Positions 63,351 to 64,000 of a stretch of DNA of 64,000 nt are shown here, piece by piece. The translations under genes and the position numbers were made by a program. Each line of letters starts with the position of its first letter. Position 1 is the stretch's first letter. The stretch lies in the NCBI RefSeq assembly GCF_009914755.1, contig NC_060936.1; one strand, written 5' to 3'. This DNA comes from the human T2T-CHM13v2.0 reference genome, Homo sapiens. The notes beneath the pieces were generated by a model. That model had not been told where the DNA came from. It saw nothing but the letters and a program-made list of their open reading frames with translations, and did not search any database.

Positions 63351-64000
63351 TGAGTAGCTGGGACTACAAGTGCCTGCTACCACGTCCAGCTAATTTTTTG
63401 TATTTTTAGTAGAGACGGGGTTTCACCATGTTAGCCAGGATGGTCTCGATCTCCTGACCTTGTGATCTGCCTGCCTCGGCCTCCCAAAGTGCTGGGATTA
63501 CATGAGCCACCGTGCCCGGCCTGTCTTATTTCTTAATTAGCTCCAAATTGGATGTGGAAAAAAGGTACTGTTACTGGCTCCCTAAAATCTTGGTGCACTG
63601 TCTTTGAAGAAAAGAGGAGAACTGGCATTGGATACCAGAATGACATGAGGATATCTAGGTGTCTGAGGCAGTCCAGGCAGGTTTTAGAATTTGATTTCTT
63701 ATTATGGAATGTGTAAGTTGTTGTTGTTGTTGTTGTTTGAGACAGACTCTTGCTGTGTCGCCCAGGCTGGAGTGCAGTGGCGTGATCTCAGCTCACTGCA
63801 GCCTCCGCCTCCCATTTCAAGTGATTCTTGTGCCTCAACCTCCCCAGTGGCTGGGACTACAGGCACTTGCCACCACGCCTGACTAATTTTTTGTATTTCA
63901 GTAGAGATGGCGTTTCACCACGTTGCCCACGCTGGTCTCGAACTCCTGAGCTCAAGCAATCCGCCCACTTCAGCCTCCCAAAGTGCTAGGATTACAGGCG

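Overview
Alu-dense human (primate) genomic DNA. The protein sequences identify it as the ANAPC5-RNF34 interval (12q24.31, from background knowledge). Left end: ANAPC5 coding exons 1-4 on the minus strand with its CpG-island promoter near 9.8 kb. Right end: the RNF34 CpG-island promoter, its first exon (MK) and an alternative start exon (MRK) on the plus strand. The ~47 kb between them is mostly Alu, L1, L2, MIR, LTR and DNA-transposon debris. However, the non-repeat islands read as a chain of decayed, splice-site-bounded, largely phase-compatible plus-strand coding exons whose frame often continues across Alu insertions. This suggests a long-dead multi-exon gene (unitary pseudogene candidate) lying head-to-head with ANAPC5; I cannot name it. 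Other notable items: an RNF34 uORF whose stop overlaps the main start (AUGA), a start-switching cassette exon in RNF34, a divergent exon at the RNF34 promoter that is frame-compatible with ANAPC5 exon 3, a cryptic in-frame/poison exon in ANAPC5 intron 3, a solo LTR12C and other elements nested inside Alus, a templated inverted insertion, an AluYa5, and several non-B-DNA motifs. Almost all ORFs in the supplied track are Alu or low-complexity artefacts. Repeat boundaries and subfamily names were read by eye and are approximate.
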